Of a stretch of 32,000 bases of DNA, positions 1-9,821 are shown one piece after another. The notes under the pieces were generated by a model that saw only the letters and a list, made by a program, of their open reading frames with translations, was not told the DNA's origin and did not search any database. Numbering within the stretch: position 1 is the first letter of the stretch; every line of letters starts with the position of its first letter. The stretch is from Dickeya dadantii NCPPB 898 (GTDB taxonomy: Bacteria > Pseudomonadota > Gammaproteobacteria > Enterobacterales > Enterobacteriaceae), in NCBI RefSeq assembly GCF_000406145.1, contig NZ_CM001976.1, forward strand, positions 3,582,132 to 3,614,131, written 5' to 3'. Position numbers and translations under genes: made by a program.

Positions 1-26
1 TTATCACGGTGGGCGAATATGAAAAC

Positions 27-56
27 GATAATGATTCTTATAAAGATTGAATGATA
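27..56 (-). promoter_or_regulatory. Putative Fur-box array for a leftward gene that starts outside the window
   Basis: GATAATGATTCTTATAAAGATTGAATGATA. The first 9 nt match the 19-bp Fur consensus GATAATGATAATCATTATC, as does the minus-strand AATCATTATC. It lies downstream of mrcB, where E. coli has the Fur-regulated fhuA promoter. Confidence 0.4.
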
Positions 57-133
57 GGCGTAAGCCGAGGCTATCCGCAACCAATTTAGCCGCCAGCGGA
101 TGAAATACGGGCGCAGAAAAAATAGCGCGGGGG

Positions 134-161
134 AAAAAGCACGCCCGGCGAACCGGGCGTG
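134..161 (-). terminator. Rho-independent terminator of mrcB
   Basis: 9-bp GC-rich stem CACGCCCGG (140-148) / CCGGGCGTG (153-161) with loop CGAA. On the minus strand it is followed by CTTTTT, 29 nt after the mrcB stop. Confidence 0.7.
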
Positions 162-189
162 AGTATGACATTGAAATGTCGGTAGGCGC

Positions 190-2691
190 TTACTGCCCGA
201 ACATCTGCTTGATCCAGTCGGGAACGCTGCCGCCTTCCTGCTGATTTTGTTGTGGCTGACCGTTCGGCGCATTGGCCGGCTGTTGCACCGCTTGCTGGCT
301 GGCTTGACACAACGCCTGCGGGTTATCGGTCCACACCGGCAATGCCCGGCCGGCGCTGCCGTTACAGATAAAGTTGCCGCTGCTGTCCACCGACATGGTG
401 GTAATGCCTTCCGGCGGCGTCAGCATCAGCGGCAACGGCGTCTGGTTTTCCAGATAGCGGCGATAGATGGTCAGCGCACCGTTGGCGCCGGTCAGTTTCG
501 CCGGGCCATTGTTGTCGCGGCCAACCCAGGTGATCACCACTTCCTTGCCGTCGACGCCGGCAAACCAGCTGTCGCGCAGGTCGTTGGTGGTACCGGTTTT
601 CCCCGCCAGGTGGTAATTGCCGAATTTCACCATCAGCGAGCGCGAGGTGCCGCGCTCCACCACCTGTTGCATACCGTACAGCGTCAGATAGGCGGCCTGT
701 GACGGCACGGCCCGTTCGGCCTGCGGGAAGCTCTGATACAGCACCTTACCGTCTTCGGCGATCACCGAACGCAGCGCAGACAGCGACGCGCGATTACCGC
801 CGCTGGCGATAGTCTGGTATTCCTGCGCCACTTCCATCGGCGTCAGGCTGATGGCACCGAGCAGCATCGCCGGCACCGCCTGAATCTGGTTCTGCGGGAT
901 CCCCAGCTTCTGCAACGTATCGCTGACCTGATCCAGCCCCACCGCCATCCCCAGATTAACCGTCGGCACGTTGAGCGAATTCGCCAACGCGTCCACCAGC
1001 ATCACCCGGCCACGGAACTCACGATCGTAGTTTTTCGGCTCCCAAACGGTACCGTTCGGCTGTTTGAGCGAAATCGGCTCATCCGCCAGAATGGTATTGA
1101 GGCGGTAGCGATCCGGCATGCTGAGCGCCGTCAGATACGTCGGCGGTTTCGCCAGCGAACCGACCGAACGGCGCGCCTGCATGGCGCGGTTGAAACCGGC
1201 GAACTGCGCGTCGGAACCGCCCACCATCGCCCGAATCTCGCCGCTAAAGCGATCGGCAATCACCATCGCCGATTCCAGATCCTTGACACCGCGCGCCGCG
1301 CGCAGCGCCGGAATACCGTCTTCCACCGCTTTTTCCGCCGCATCCTGCGATACCGGATCCAACGTGGTGAAGATTTTTACCCCGGACAGATCGTTGGCCT
1401 TGTCGCCCAGCCGCTGCTGCAACTCCTGGCGCACCATCTGCATGAAGGCCGGCTGCGGGCTGATCACCCCGCCTTTCGGCTGAACCCCCAGCGGGCGGGC
1501 GCTCAGCATGTTGTAAAGGTCTTCGTCGATGACCTGCTGGTTCTGCAGCAGTTTCAACACCAGGTTACGGCGTTCCAGCGTCACCTGCGGGTTGCGCCAC
1601 GGGTTATAGAGCGACGCCCCTTTCACCATCCCCACCAGCATCGCCTGCTGGTCGAGGCTCAATTCGTTGACCGGCCGACCGAAATAGTAAAGGCTGGCGA
1701 GCGGAAAACCGCGGATCTGATCGTTGCCGCTCTGGCCGAGGTACACCTCGTTCAGATACAGCTCCAAAATGCGATCCTTGCTGTAGCGGTAATCCATGAT
1801 CAACGCCATGTAGGCTTCGTTGGCTTTACGCCACAGCGAGCGCTCGTTGGTCAGGAACAGGTTTTTCACCAGCTGCTGGGTCAGCGTACTGCCGCCCTGC
1901 ACCGCCCGGCCCGCCGTCAGGTTGGCCAGCATCGCGCGACCGATGGAGTAGAAACTGATGCCGTCATGCTCGTAGAAATGACGGTCTTCGGTGGCGATCA
2001 GCGTTTGCACCAGCAGGTCGGGGAAACCGGAACGCTGCACAAACAGCCGCTGCTCGCCGTTCGGCGACTGCAACATGGTGATCAGTTTCGGATCGAGCCG
2101 AAAGAAACCGAAATTGCGCTGATTGTCCATGTTCTGGATCTGCGACAACCGGTCGTTGCTGAAGATCATTTTGGCGTGGATTTGGCCTTCTTTGCCGTCC
2201 GGAAAGTCGAAAGGACGACGCAGAATTTCAATGCCGTTAGCCTGTACCGTGAATTCGCCCGGCCGGGTAATACGGCTGACTTCGCGGTATTGCATGCCTT
2301 CCAGCAGATTGGTCATCTCTTTCTTGCTGTAGGCCATGCCCGGCTCAAGGTTGACCATACGGCCATACACCGCCGCCGGCAGTTGCCACACTTTGCCGTC
2401 GATACGACTGCGAATTTCTCCGTCGAGGTAAACGCCATAAATCGACATCACCACCACAAAAATCAGGAATAGCCGGATCAGCAACCCCAGCCAGCGGCGT
2501 TTCTTCCGCGGCCGCTTGCTCATGACTTCTTCCTCGTCGTCCTCATCGTCGTCATAGTCTTCTTCGTACTCTTCTTCATAATCGTCGTCGTAGTCATCAT
2601 CCCTGCGGCGACGCGTCGCTTGCTTGCGAGGGGGAGTGTGTCGTGACGCACTACGTTTGCGCCCGATAGGTTCGCGGTCATCCCGAGACAT
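190..2691 (-). CDS. mrcB: Bifunctional penicillin-binding protein 1B (glycosyltransferase/transpeptidase)
   Basis: 833-aa ORF with N-terminus [12 protein letters not shown], an acidic D/E/Y tract and one TM segment. GT51 motifs [18 protein letters not shown] and RKANE are present, as are transpeptidase motifs SLAK, SLN and KTG. It is colinear with E. coli PBP1B. Confidence 0.97.
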   Translation of the reverse strand: MSRDDREPIGRKRSASRHTPPRKQATRRRRDDDYDDDYEEEYEEDYDDDEDDEEEVMSKRPRKKRRWLGLLIRLFLIFVVVMSIYGVYLDGEIRSRIDGKVWQLPAAVYGRMVNLEPGMAYSKKEMTNLLEGMQYREVSRITRPGEFTVQANGIEILRRPFDFPDGKEGQIHAKMIFSNDRLSQIQNMDNQRNFGFFRLDPKLITMLQSPNGEQRLFVQRSGFPDLLVQTLIATEDRHFYEHDGISFYSIGRAMLANLTAGRAVQGGSTLTQQLVKNLFLTNERSLWRKANEAYMALIMDYRYSKDRILELYLNEVYLGQSGNDQIRGFPLASLYYFGRPVNELSLDQQAMLVGMVKGASLYNPWRNPQVTLERRNLVLKLLQNQQVIDEDLYNMLSARPLGVQPKGGVISPQPAFMQMVRQELQQRLGDKANDLSGVKIFTTLDPVSQDAAEKAVEDGIPALRAARGVKDLESAMVIADRFSGEIRAMVGGSDAQFAGFNRAMQARRSVGSLAKPPTYLTALSMPDRYRLNTILADEPISLKQPNGTVWEPKNYDREFRGRVMLVDALANSLNVPTVNLGMAVGLDQVSDTLQKLGIPQNQIQAVPAMLLGAISLTPMEVAQEYQTIASGGNRASLSALRSVIAEDGKVLYQSFPQAERAVPSQAAYLTLYGMQQVVERGTSRSLMVKFGNYHLAGKTGTTNDLRDSWFAGVDGKEVVITWVGRDNNGPAKLTGANGALTIYRRYLENQTPLPLMLTPPEGITTMSVDSSGNFICNGSAGRALPVWTDNPQALCQASQQAVQQPANAPNGQPQQNQQEGGSVPDWIKQMFGQ

Positions 2692-2795
2692 TACAGTGAC
2701 ATCTCCATCAGGTTACTGACGGCCGTCGGATTACCCACCGTGGCCGTCTACTCTGTGTCTCCCACGCTGCACAAGGAAGGGGGAAACATCTGAAA

Positions 2796-5303
2796 TTAGG
2801 TATTCTGGTATTTTCTGGTGCGCCGGGTCGGCGCCGTATTCGCCGGATCATCCGGCCAGACGTGCTTGGGATAGCGACCTTTCATTTCTTTCTGCACTTC
2901 CCGGTAGGCGCCGTTCCAGAACGCCGCCAGATCGCGGGTGATCTGCAACGGTCGCATCGCCGGAGAGAGCAGTTCCAGCACCAGCGCCACTCGTCCTTCC
3001 GCCAGCAGCGGGCTGCTGTGTTCGCCGAACATCTCCTGCAGCCGCACCGCCAGCACCGGCGGCTGATCGGCATCATACCGGATCGGCAAGCGGCTGCCGC
3101 CGGGCACAGTGTAATGGCTGGGCAGCGCGCTATCCAGTCGCTGGCGTTGCGACCAGTCGAGCAAACGCCACAGCGCGTCGCTCAGGTTGATCTGATTGAG
3201 CGTACGGCGATCCCGCACACCGTTCAGCGACGGCAGCAGCCATAGCTCCAGCGACGCCAGCAGGGCATCGTCATCCACCGCCGGCCACGCGACCTCCGGC
3301 AACCACTGCCGGGCGCACAGCAACCGCTGGCGCAGTTGCAACGCCGGTTCGTCCCAGTTCAACACCGACAGCCCTTGCTCACGCAACCAGTTAAGCATCG
3401 CCTGCTGCAACACCTCGTCCGACGGCTTGGCTAATGGCCGGGACGATAACGTCAGGCTGCCGATCTGCGTTCGCAGGCTGGCGCGCAGGGTACCTTTTTC
3501 TTCGTCCCAGTGCATCAGATTCTGTTCTGTCACCAGTTCCGGCCGCTGCCGCGCCAGTTGATCGATATCCACCGGCAGCGCCAGTAAAATACGGGCGTCG
3601 GCGCTGTTCGGGCTTTGCATCAGAACCGGGGCCAGCAACCATTCCGATGCCGCCAGCGCGTCTTCCGGCGGCAGACTGGCTCCGGAGCCGTTCGCCAGTT
3701 GATAGCGCCCATCCTGACCGCGCCGCCGGGCGATACGATCCGCGAATCCCGCCGACAACAACCATGCAGCCAGGCTTTCATTTACCTTGCCCGCATTCAC
3801 TTTACCTGCATCCACCTTGCCTGACGTCTTGCCGACACGGCGCGCCAACTGTTGCGCCCGGCGCTGCCAGTGATTGGCGGGACGATGCAGCGCGTCGGAC
3901 AGATTCGGCGACCCGGCGCGCGGCGGTTCTTCGATGATCGCCGCCAGCAACGCCGCCGTCGCCAGCGCATCCGGATCCTGCCCGGCGGCATGCAGCATCG
4001 CCGCCAGCCGCGGATCGCTGCCCAGCTCTGCCATCTTACGCCCGTCCGCCGTCAGCCGTTGCTGCGCATCGCACGTACCCAGTTGCGTCAGCAGGCGGTC
4101 CGCCGCCAGCAACGCGGGCTGCGGCGGGGTATCCAGCCAACAGAGCTGCGCAACGTCGCCGCAGCCCCATTGCAACAGATCCAGCCGCAGCCCAGACAGA
4201 TCGCTGTGCAGGATTTCCGGCTCGCTTTGCGCCACGGCGCGTTCCGCCTGCTCACGGGCGAACAGATGCCAGCACAAGCCCGGCTCCAGACGCCCGGCGC
4301 GTCCGGCGCGCTGCACCATCGATGCCTGGCTGATACGCTGCGTCGCCAGGCGAGTCAGCCCGGTTTTGACATCAAACAGCGCCACCCGTTCCAGGCCGCC
4401 GTCCACCACCACTCGGATGCCTTCGATGGTCAGACTGGTTTCGGCGATGTTGGTCGCCAGCACCACTTTGCGCCGCCCGACGGCAGCCGGGAGAATCGCT
4501 TTCTGTTGCTCCGCCAGCGTCAGCGCGCCGTACAGCGGGCAGATATCCACCGCCGTCGGCACCGCGTTTTCCAACAGCGTCTGCAAGCGTTTGATTTCCG
4601 CCACGCCCGGCAAAAATACCAGCAACGAGCCGGTTTCCTCCTGCAACAAGCGATAAATAAGCCGGGCCGCCGCCTCCTCCAGCCGCTCCTGCGAGCCAAC
4701 CGTCTGGTAATGCCGGTCCACCGGCCAGGAGCGCCCTTGCGACGACACGCTGAGCGATTGCGGTAATAAAGAAGAGAGCCGGGAATTGTCCAGCGTGGCG
4801 GACATGATCAGCAACTTCAGGTCATCGCGCAGCCCTTGCTGGACATCCAGCAGCAGCGCCAGTGCCAGATCGGCCTGCAGACTGCGCTCGTGAAACTCGT
4901 CCAGTATCACCAGCGAGACGCCGTCCAGCGCCGGATCGTGTTGCAGCATCCGGGTCAAAATGCCTTCCGTCACCACTTCCAGCCGGGTCTGGCTGCTGAC
5001 CCGGCTTTCCGAACGCATGCGGTAACCGACGGTCTGCCCCGGCGTTTCCCCCAGCCACTCCGCCAGCCGGAAAGCCACGCTTTTGGCCGCCAGCCGACGC
5101 GGCTCCAGCATAATAATGCGGCCGGAAAAGCCGCTCCGCTGCAACAGTTGCAACGGCAACCAGGTGGACTTTCCGGCACCGGTCGGGGCATGCAGCAACA
5201 CCTGCGGCGCGGTATGCAACGCCTGGATGACGTCATCCAGTACGGCGCTGACGGGGGGTAGACTCACACAACTCTCCGTAATCATGGCTGTATCCGGCGG
5301 CAC
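2796..5303 (-). CDS. hrpB: ATP-dependent RNA helicase HrpB (DEAH-box family)
   Basis: 835-aa ORF with Walker A APTGAGKST, a DEFHER box and the C-terminal HrpB domain ending KGRYPKHVWPDDPANTAPTRRT. Alignment to E. coli HrpB suggests the true start may be the Met at 5285 (MITESCVSLPPV). Confidence 0.95.
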   Translation of the reverse strand: MPPDTAMITESCVSLPPVSAVLDDVIQALHTAPQVLLHAPTGAGKSTWLPLQLLQRSGFSGRIIMLEPRRLAAKSVAFRLAEWLGETPGQTVGYRMRSESRVSSQTRLEVVTEGILTRMLQHDPALDGVSLVILDEFHERSLQADLALALLLDVQQGLRDDLKLLIMSATLDNSRLSSLLPQSLSVSSQGRSWPVDRHYQTVGSQERLEEAAARLIYRLLQEETGSLLVFLPGVAEIKRLQTLLENAVPTAVDICPLYGALTLAEQQKAILPAAVGRRKVVLATNIAETSLTIEGIRVVVDGGLERVALFDVKTGLTRLATQRISQASMVQRAGRAGRLEPGLCWHLFAREQAERAVAQSEPEILHSDLSGLRLDLLQWGCGDVAQLCWLDTPPQPALLAADRLLTQLGTCDAQQRLTADGRKMAELGSDPRLAAMLHAAGQDPDALATAALLAAIIEEPPRAGSPNLSDALHRPANHWQRRAQQLARRVGKTSGKVDAGKVNAGKVNESLAAWLLSAGFADRIARRRGQDGRYQLANGSGASLPPEDALAASEWLLAPVLMQSPNSADARILLALPVDIDQLARQRPELVTEQNLMHWDEEKGTLRASLRTQIGSLTLSSRPLAKPSDEVLQQAMLNWLREQGLSVLNWDEPALQLRQRLLCARQWLPEVAWPAVDDDALLASLELWLLPSLNGVRDRRTLNQINLSDALWRLLDWSQRQRLDSALPSHYTVPGGSRLPIRYDADQPPVLAVRLQEMFGEHSSPLLAEGRVALVLELLSPAMRPLQITRDLAAFWNGAYREVQKEMKGRYPKHVWPDDPANTAPTRRTRKYQNT

Positions 5304-5455
5304 AACCCTGGCCGGACGCTATATAAAGGCAGTATCTCAGTGAATAAAAAACGGCGCGTCGGCCGGCGTCTGCACATGGCAAATGGCGGAACGCAACCTT
5401 AACTTTCTCCGGCGGGCATTGTAGCATCGGAACCCCGCAGAACGGAGAGATTGCC

Positions 5456-5989
5456 ATGACCCCGACCCGTCGCCTGTTTTTTGCCCTGTCGTTGCCAGAC
5501 GCTATCGGTCAGCAGATCGTACACTGGCGCGCCGCGCAATTCGCTCCCGAAGCCGGTCGCCCGGTAGCGGCAGCCAATCTGCACCTGACACTGGCCTTCC
5601 TCGGCGAGGTCAGCGACGCCAAAATGCAAGTTTTGCAGACGCTGGCCGGGCGTATCCGTCAGCCGGCGTTTACCCTTAACCTCAACGACGCCGGCCACTG
5701 GCCCCGCCCAGGCGTGGTGTGGCTCGGTTGCCGTCAGGCGCCGCGCGGATTGCTGCAACTGGCGGAGATGTTACGCTCGCAGGCGGCGCGCAACGGTTGC
5801 TATCAACCCCCTCAGCCGTTTTATCCGCACATCACGCTGCTGCGCGGCGCCACCCGTCCGGTGCCGGTGCCGGCCGCCACATTCGGCTGGACGGTGCAGG
5901 TCGAGCAGTTTTTTCTGTACGAATCGCGCGCCGAAGCGGGTCGAACCCATTATCACCCCGTCGCCCACTGGCCGTTGCTGACTTCCTGA
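5456..5989 (+). CDS. thpR: RNA 2',3'-cyclic phosphodiesterase (2H family, LigT/ThpR)
   Basis: 177 aa with two H-x-T-x motifs (HLTLAFLG and HITLLR). GGAGAG Shine-Dalgarno lies upstream. Position between hrpB and sfsA matches E. coli. Confidence 0.93.
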   Translation: MTPTRRLFFALSLPDAIGQQIVHWRAAQFAPEAGRPVAAANLHLTLAFLGEVSDAKMQVLQTLAGRIRQPAFTLNLNDAGHWPRPGVVWLGCRQAPRGLLQLAEMLRSQAARNGCYQPPQPFYPHITLLRGATRPVPVPAATFGWTVQVEQFFLYESRAEAGRTHYHPVAHWPLLTS

Positions 5990-6001
5990 GAGACATCATT
6001 C

Positions 6002-6721
6002 ATGCAATTTTCCCCACGCCTGCAACCCGCTACGCTGCTCAAACGTTACAAACGATTTCTGGCGGATGTGGTGACCCCAGACGGAAAAAACCTGACGCTA
6101 CACTGCCCTAATACCGGCGCCATGACCGGCTGCGGCACGCCGGGCGATACCGTCTGGTACTCCACCTCGGATAACCCGAAACGCAAGTACCCTCATACCT
6201 GGGAACTGACGCAGACCGCGCAAGGGCACTGGATTGGCGTGAATACCCTGCGCGCTAATCAGTTGGTGCTTGAGGCGCTGCAAGCAGGCCGACTGGCCGA
6301 TTTTACAGGTTACACCACTATCCGCGCCGAAGTGCGCTATGGTTCGGAAAACAGCAGGATAGACGTGTTATTGCAGGCGGAGGACCGGGCGGACTGCTAT
6401 ATTGAAGTTAAATCAGTCACATTATTGCAACACGGATGTGGTTACTTTCCCGATGCGGTCACGCTCAGAGGGCAAAAGCATCTGCGGGAACTGCAACAGG
6501 TGGCGGCGCAGGGTGGTCGTGCCGTATTGTGTTTCGCCGCGCTGCACTCCGGCATCGACCGGATTTCGCCGGCGCAACACATTGACCGACATTACGCCGA
6601 ATTATTACAACTATCCCGGCAGCAGGGGGTTGAAATTCTGTGCTACGGTGCCCATATCACCCCGGATGGCATGACGCTGGGGGAGTTGTTACCGTTCAAT
6701 AACGTGACGACAGCGAGCTAA
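6002..6721 (+). CDS. sfsA: Sugar fermentation stimulation protein A (SfsA nuclease-like DNA-binding protein)
   Basis: 239 aa. The N-terminus [23 protein letters not shown]...[12 protein letters not shown] is colinear with E. coli SfsA. Confidence 0.95.
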   Translation: MQFSPRLQPATLLKRYKRFLADVVTPDGKNLTLHCPNTGAMTGCGTPGDTVWYSTSDNPKRKYPHTWELTQTAQGHWIGVNTLRANQLVLEALQAGRLADFTGYTTIRAEVRYGSENSRIDVLLQAEDRADCYIEVKSVTLLQHGCGYFPDAVTLRGQKHLRELQQVAAQGGRAVLCFAALHSGIDRISPAQHIDRHYAELLQLSRQQGVEILCYGAHITPDGMTLGELLPFNNVTTAS

Positions 6722-6891
6722 TTCTGCCACGCGTTATGTATTATCTGATGGGATTATGCCGTTTCTCACACTTTGTCAGGCCGGTGTCGGGAATCATTGC
6801 CAACCTAACCTCCATCTGTTATTTATAGCGGCCTGTTTTTCCCCCCTGGGGGAGTCGATACTGCGTGTCGTGTTTATGTAGGAGAAGCAAC

Positions 6892-7347
6892 ATGCAAGAA
6901 GGGCAAAACCGTAAGACATCCTCTCTGAGCATTCTCGCGATTGCCGGAGTGGAGCCATACCAGGAGAAGCCGGGCGAAGAATACATGAACGACGCTCAGC
7001 TGGCTCATTTCAGGCGTATTCTTGAAGCATGGCGCAATCAACTCAGGGACGAAGTCGATCGAACCGTATCGCACATGCAGGATGAAGCCGCTAACTTCCC
7101 GGACCCGGTAGACCGTGCCGCGCAGGAAGAAGAGTTTAGCCTTGAACTGCGCAACCGCGATCGCGAACGTAAGCTGATCAAGAAGATTGCCAAAACACTG
7201 CAGAAAATCGAAGACGAGGACTTTGGCTATTGCGAGTCCTGCGGCGTGGAAATCGGTATCCGTCGTCTGGAAGCCCGTCCCACCGCCGATCTGTGCATCG
7301 ACTGCAAAACGCTGGCCGAAATCCGCGAAAAGCAGATGGCCGGATGA
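6892..7347 (+). CDS. dksA: RNA polymerase-binding transcription factor DksA
   Basis: 151 aa, nearly identical to E. coli DksA ([33 protein letters not shown]...). Zinc finger CESC-x17-CIDC. GGAGA Shine-Dalgarno at 6881-6885. The ORF-track start at 6865 is an upstream extension. Confidence 0.98.
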   Translation: MQEGQNRKTSSLSILAIAGVEPYQEKPGEEYMNDAQLAHFRRILEAWRNQLRDEVDRTVSHMQDEAANFPDPVDRAAQEEEFSLELRNRDRERKLIKKIAKTLQKIEDEDFGYCESCGVEIGIRRLEARPTADLCIDCKTLAEIREKQMAG

Positions 7348-7353
7348 TATCCG

Positions 7354-7390
7354 CCCGGCGGGAAAGCCTACCGCCCTACCGCCGGGTTTT
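7354..7390 (+). terminator. Intrinsic terminator between dksA and gluQ
   Basis: 8-bp stem CCCGGCGG (7354-7361) / CCGCCGGG (7379-7386) followed by TTTT. A dksA-gluQ terminator is described for Shigella and E. coli. Confidence 0.65.
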
Positions 7391-7440
7391 CGCTTCTTAT
7401 GACCAGCCAGTATCACTCTTAACCGGCATGATGTCGCCGT

Positions 7441-8349
7441 ATGTCTGAATTACGCCCTTACGTCGGACGCTTCGCGCCTTCTCCATCCGGCGATCTCCAT
7501 TTTGGTTCCCTGATTGCCGCACTGGGCAGCTACCTGCAGGCCCGCGCCTGCCGCGGACGCTGGCTGGTGCGTATCGAGGATATCGACCCGCCGCGCGAAG
7601 TCCCCGGCGCCGCCACACGCATTCTTAGCCAACTGGAACAGTATGGCCTGCTCTGGGACGGAGACGTGGCGTACCAGTCTCGTCGCCACGACCTTTACCG
7701 CGCGGTGCTGGCCGACCTGCAGCGTCAGGGGAAATGTTACTACTGCACCTGCACCCGGCAACGCATCCAGCAGATTGGCGGCCACTATGACGGTCACTGC
7801 CGCGATCTCAGCCTGCCGCCAAATCAGGCGGCGCTGCGTCTGCGCCAGAGCCAGCCGGTTATCCACTTTCACGATCGCTTGCGCGGGCAGATTGACGCCG
7901 ACCCGACGCTGGCGCGAGAAGACTTTATTATCCATCGCCGCGATGGCCTGTTTGCCTACAATCTGGCGGTGGTGGTGGACGACCACGATCAGGGCGTTAC
8001 CGAAATTGTACGCGGCGCGGACCTGATCGAACCGACGGTGCGCCAGTTATCGCTGTACCACCAGCTGGATTATCCGGCGCCGGCCTACGTGCATCTGCCG
8101 CTGGCGCTCAATTCCGACGGCAACAAACTCTCCAAGCAGAACCACGCGCCGGCGCTGCCGGACGGCGACCCGCGGGCAGTGCTGGCACAGGCGCTGGCCT
8201 TTTTGCGCCAGCCATTGCCAGCGCACTGGCAAGACCTCGATCGCGACGCATTGCTCGCATGGGCCGTCGCGCACTGGTCACTGGTTACGGTTCCCGTCGA
8301 AGCCGCCCGTACATCGCCGGAAATAACATCAGCATTCTCAAAGGGCTGA
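7441..8349 (+). CDS. gluQ: Glutamyl-Q tRNA(Asp) synthetase
   Basis: 302 aa with class I signature [16 protein letters not shown] and LSKQ. Colinear with E. coli GluQ-RS (YadB). Confidence 0.95.
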   Translation: MSELRPYVGRFAPSPSGDLHFGSLIAALGSYLQARACRGRWLVRIEDIDPPREVPGAATRILSQLEQYGLLWDGDVAYQSRRHDLYRAVLADLQRQGKCYYCTCTRQRIQQIGGHYDGHCRDLSLPPNQAALRLRQSQPVIHFHDRLRGQIDADPTLAREDFIIHRRDGLFAYNLAVVVDDHDQGVTEIVRGADLIEPTVRQLSLYHQLDYPAPAYVHLPLALNSDGNKLSKQNHAPALPDGDPRAVLAQALAFLRQPLPAHWQDLDRDALLAWAVAHWSLVTVPVEAARTSPEITSAFSKG

Positions 8350-8417
8350 GGGTGAGCTATGATTAGCCGCTATTTTTTGTTGTGCCGTTAATTTTCCAAT
8401 GATTATCGAGGTGTATT

Positions 8418-9821
8418 ATCTTTACCCGGGTAGCTAATTTTTGCCGCAAGGTACTGAATCGTGAGAATGAGCCCGCCAGAGCGGACAATCCGCCGCAGGC
8501 GATGACGGTCGTTCCCCGTGACCAGCATGCCATTTCACGCAGCGACATTAGTGAGAATGCGCTGAAAGTACTGTATCGCCTGAGCAAAGCGGGCTATGAG
8601 GCTTATCTGGTAGGCGGCGGCGTCCGCGACCTGCTGTTGGGCAAAAAACCCAAAGACTTCGATATCACCACCAACGCTACCCCGGAACAGGTCCGCAAGT
8701 TGTTCCGCAACTGCCGACTGGTGGGCCGCCGTTTTCGTCTGGCGCATGTGATGTTCGGCCCGGAAGTCATTGAGGTCGCCACATTCCGCGGCCACCACGA
8801 ACAGCATCAGGAACAGGAAACGAAAAATGCCGCCCAGCAAGGCCACAACGGTATGCTGCTGCGCGACAACATTTTCGGCACTATCGAGGAAGACGCCCAG
8901 CGGCGCGACTTCTCCATCAACAGCCTCTATTACAGCATCGCCGACTTCACCGTTCGTGACTATACCAACGGCCTGAACGACCTGCGTCAGGGGTTGATTC
9001 GTCTGATTGGCGAACCGGAAACCCGCTACCGCGAAGACCCGGTGCGCATGCTGCGCGCCGTGCGGTTCGCCGCCAAACTCGGTATGCGCATCAGCCCGGA
9101 AACCGCCGAGCCGATTCCCCGCCTGGCCTCGCTGCTGCACGACATCCCGCCGGCGCGGCTGTTTGAAGAATCGCTGAAACTGCTGCAGGCGGGTTACGGC
9201 TATCCGACCTATCAGTTGCTGTGCGAATACCAGCTGTTTCAGCCGCTGTTTCCGCTGATCAGCCGCTACTTCACCGCTAACGGCGAAAGCACGATGGAAC
9301 GAATGATCGTGCAGGTGCTGAAAAACACCGATCAACGCATCCAGAACGACATGCGTGTTAATCCGGCGTTTCTGTTCTCCGCCATGCTGTGGTACCCGCT
9401 GGTGGAACATGCCCAGAAGCTGACGCAGGAGAGCGGGCTGGCTTACTTCGAGGCGTTTGCCTTAGCCATGAACGACGTGCTGGACGAACAGTGTCGCTCG
9501 CTGGCGATCCCCAAACGCATTACCTCGCTGATCCGCGATATCTGGCAATTGCAGTTGCGCCTGTCTCGCCGTCAGGGCAAACGCGCCTTTAAACTGATGG
9601 AACACCCGAAATTCCGCGCCTCTTACGACCTGCTCTGCCTGCGTGCGGAAATCGAAAACCATCAGGAGCTACAGCGCCTGGCGCAGTGGTGGGGAGAGTT
9701 TCAGGTCGCCGCGCCGCCGCGCCAGCAGGTAATGCTGAACACGCTGGATGACGGCCCGACGCCGCATCGCCGTTCACGCCGCCCGCGCAAGCGCCCTGCC
9801 CGCCGGGATAACGCCCGGTGA
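8418..9821 (+). CDS. pcnB: Poly(A) polymerase I, with a non-AUG start
   Basis: The first in-frame ATG is at 8502. The conserved N-terminal peptide [12 protein letters not shown] is encoded upstream of it, after an in-frame TGA at 8400-8402. Only ATT (8415) or ATC (8418) can start it, preceded by GAGGTG (8408-8413). E. coli pcnB uses AUU. Confidence 0.9.
   Translation: MFTRVANFCRKVLNRENEPARADNPPQAMTVVPRDQHAISRSDISENALKVLYRLSKAGYEAYLVGGGVRDLLLGKKPKDFDITTNATPEQVRKLFRNCRLVGRRFRLAHVMFGPEVIEVATFRGHHEQHQEQETKNAAQQGHNGMLLRDNIFGTIEEDAQRRDFSINSLYYSIADFTVRDYTNGLNDLRQGLIRLIGEPETRYREDPVRMLRAVRFAAKLGMRISPETAEPIPRLASLLHDIPPARLFEESLKLLQAGYGYPTYQLLCEYQLFQPLFPLISRYFTANGESTMERMIVQVLKNTDQRIQNDMRVNPAFLFSAMLWYPLVEHAQKLTQESGLAYFEAFALAMNDVLDEQCRSLAIPKRITSLIRDIWQLQLRLSRRQGKRAFKLMEHPKFRASYDLLCLRAEIENHQELQRLAQWWGEFQVAAPPRQQVMLNTLDDGPTPHRRSRRPRKRPARRDNAR

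Noticed and set aside
3852-4766. Long antisense ORFs opposite well-supported genes: 3852-4766 and 3874-4656 (hrpB), 8535-9410 (pcnB), 10996-11760 (panB/panC), 21156-21818 (speD), 25079-25600 (nrdF), 27660-28241 (yafS), 7450-7986 (gluQ).
   Set aside because: These are typical shadow ORFs of GC-rich coding DNA. Their compositions are Arg/Ala/Gln/His-rich and low in complexity. They have no Shine-Dalgarno sequences or recognisable motifs, and every one lies fully inside a strongly supported gene on the other strand.
6777-6853. Long-range pairing CAGGCCG (6777-6783) / CGGCCTG (6829-6835) followed by T5 and a C6-T-G5 mini-palindrome, between sfsA and dksA.
   Set aside because: A 45-nt loop makes a poor intrinsic terminator. 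The region is expected to hold the dksA promoters, and I cannot assign a function from sequence alone.
6865-6891. N-terminally extended ORF-track versions of dksA (6865), can (14368), nrdI (22257), nrdF (24953), rnhA (26881) and yafD (31407).
   Set aside because: The extensions are not conserved relative to E. coli orthologues. They overlap upstream genes or promoters, and better Shine-Dalgarno-supported internal starts reproduce the canonical N-termini.
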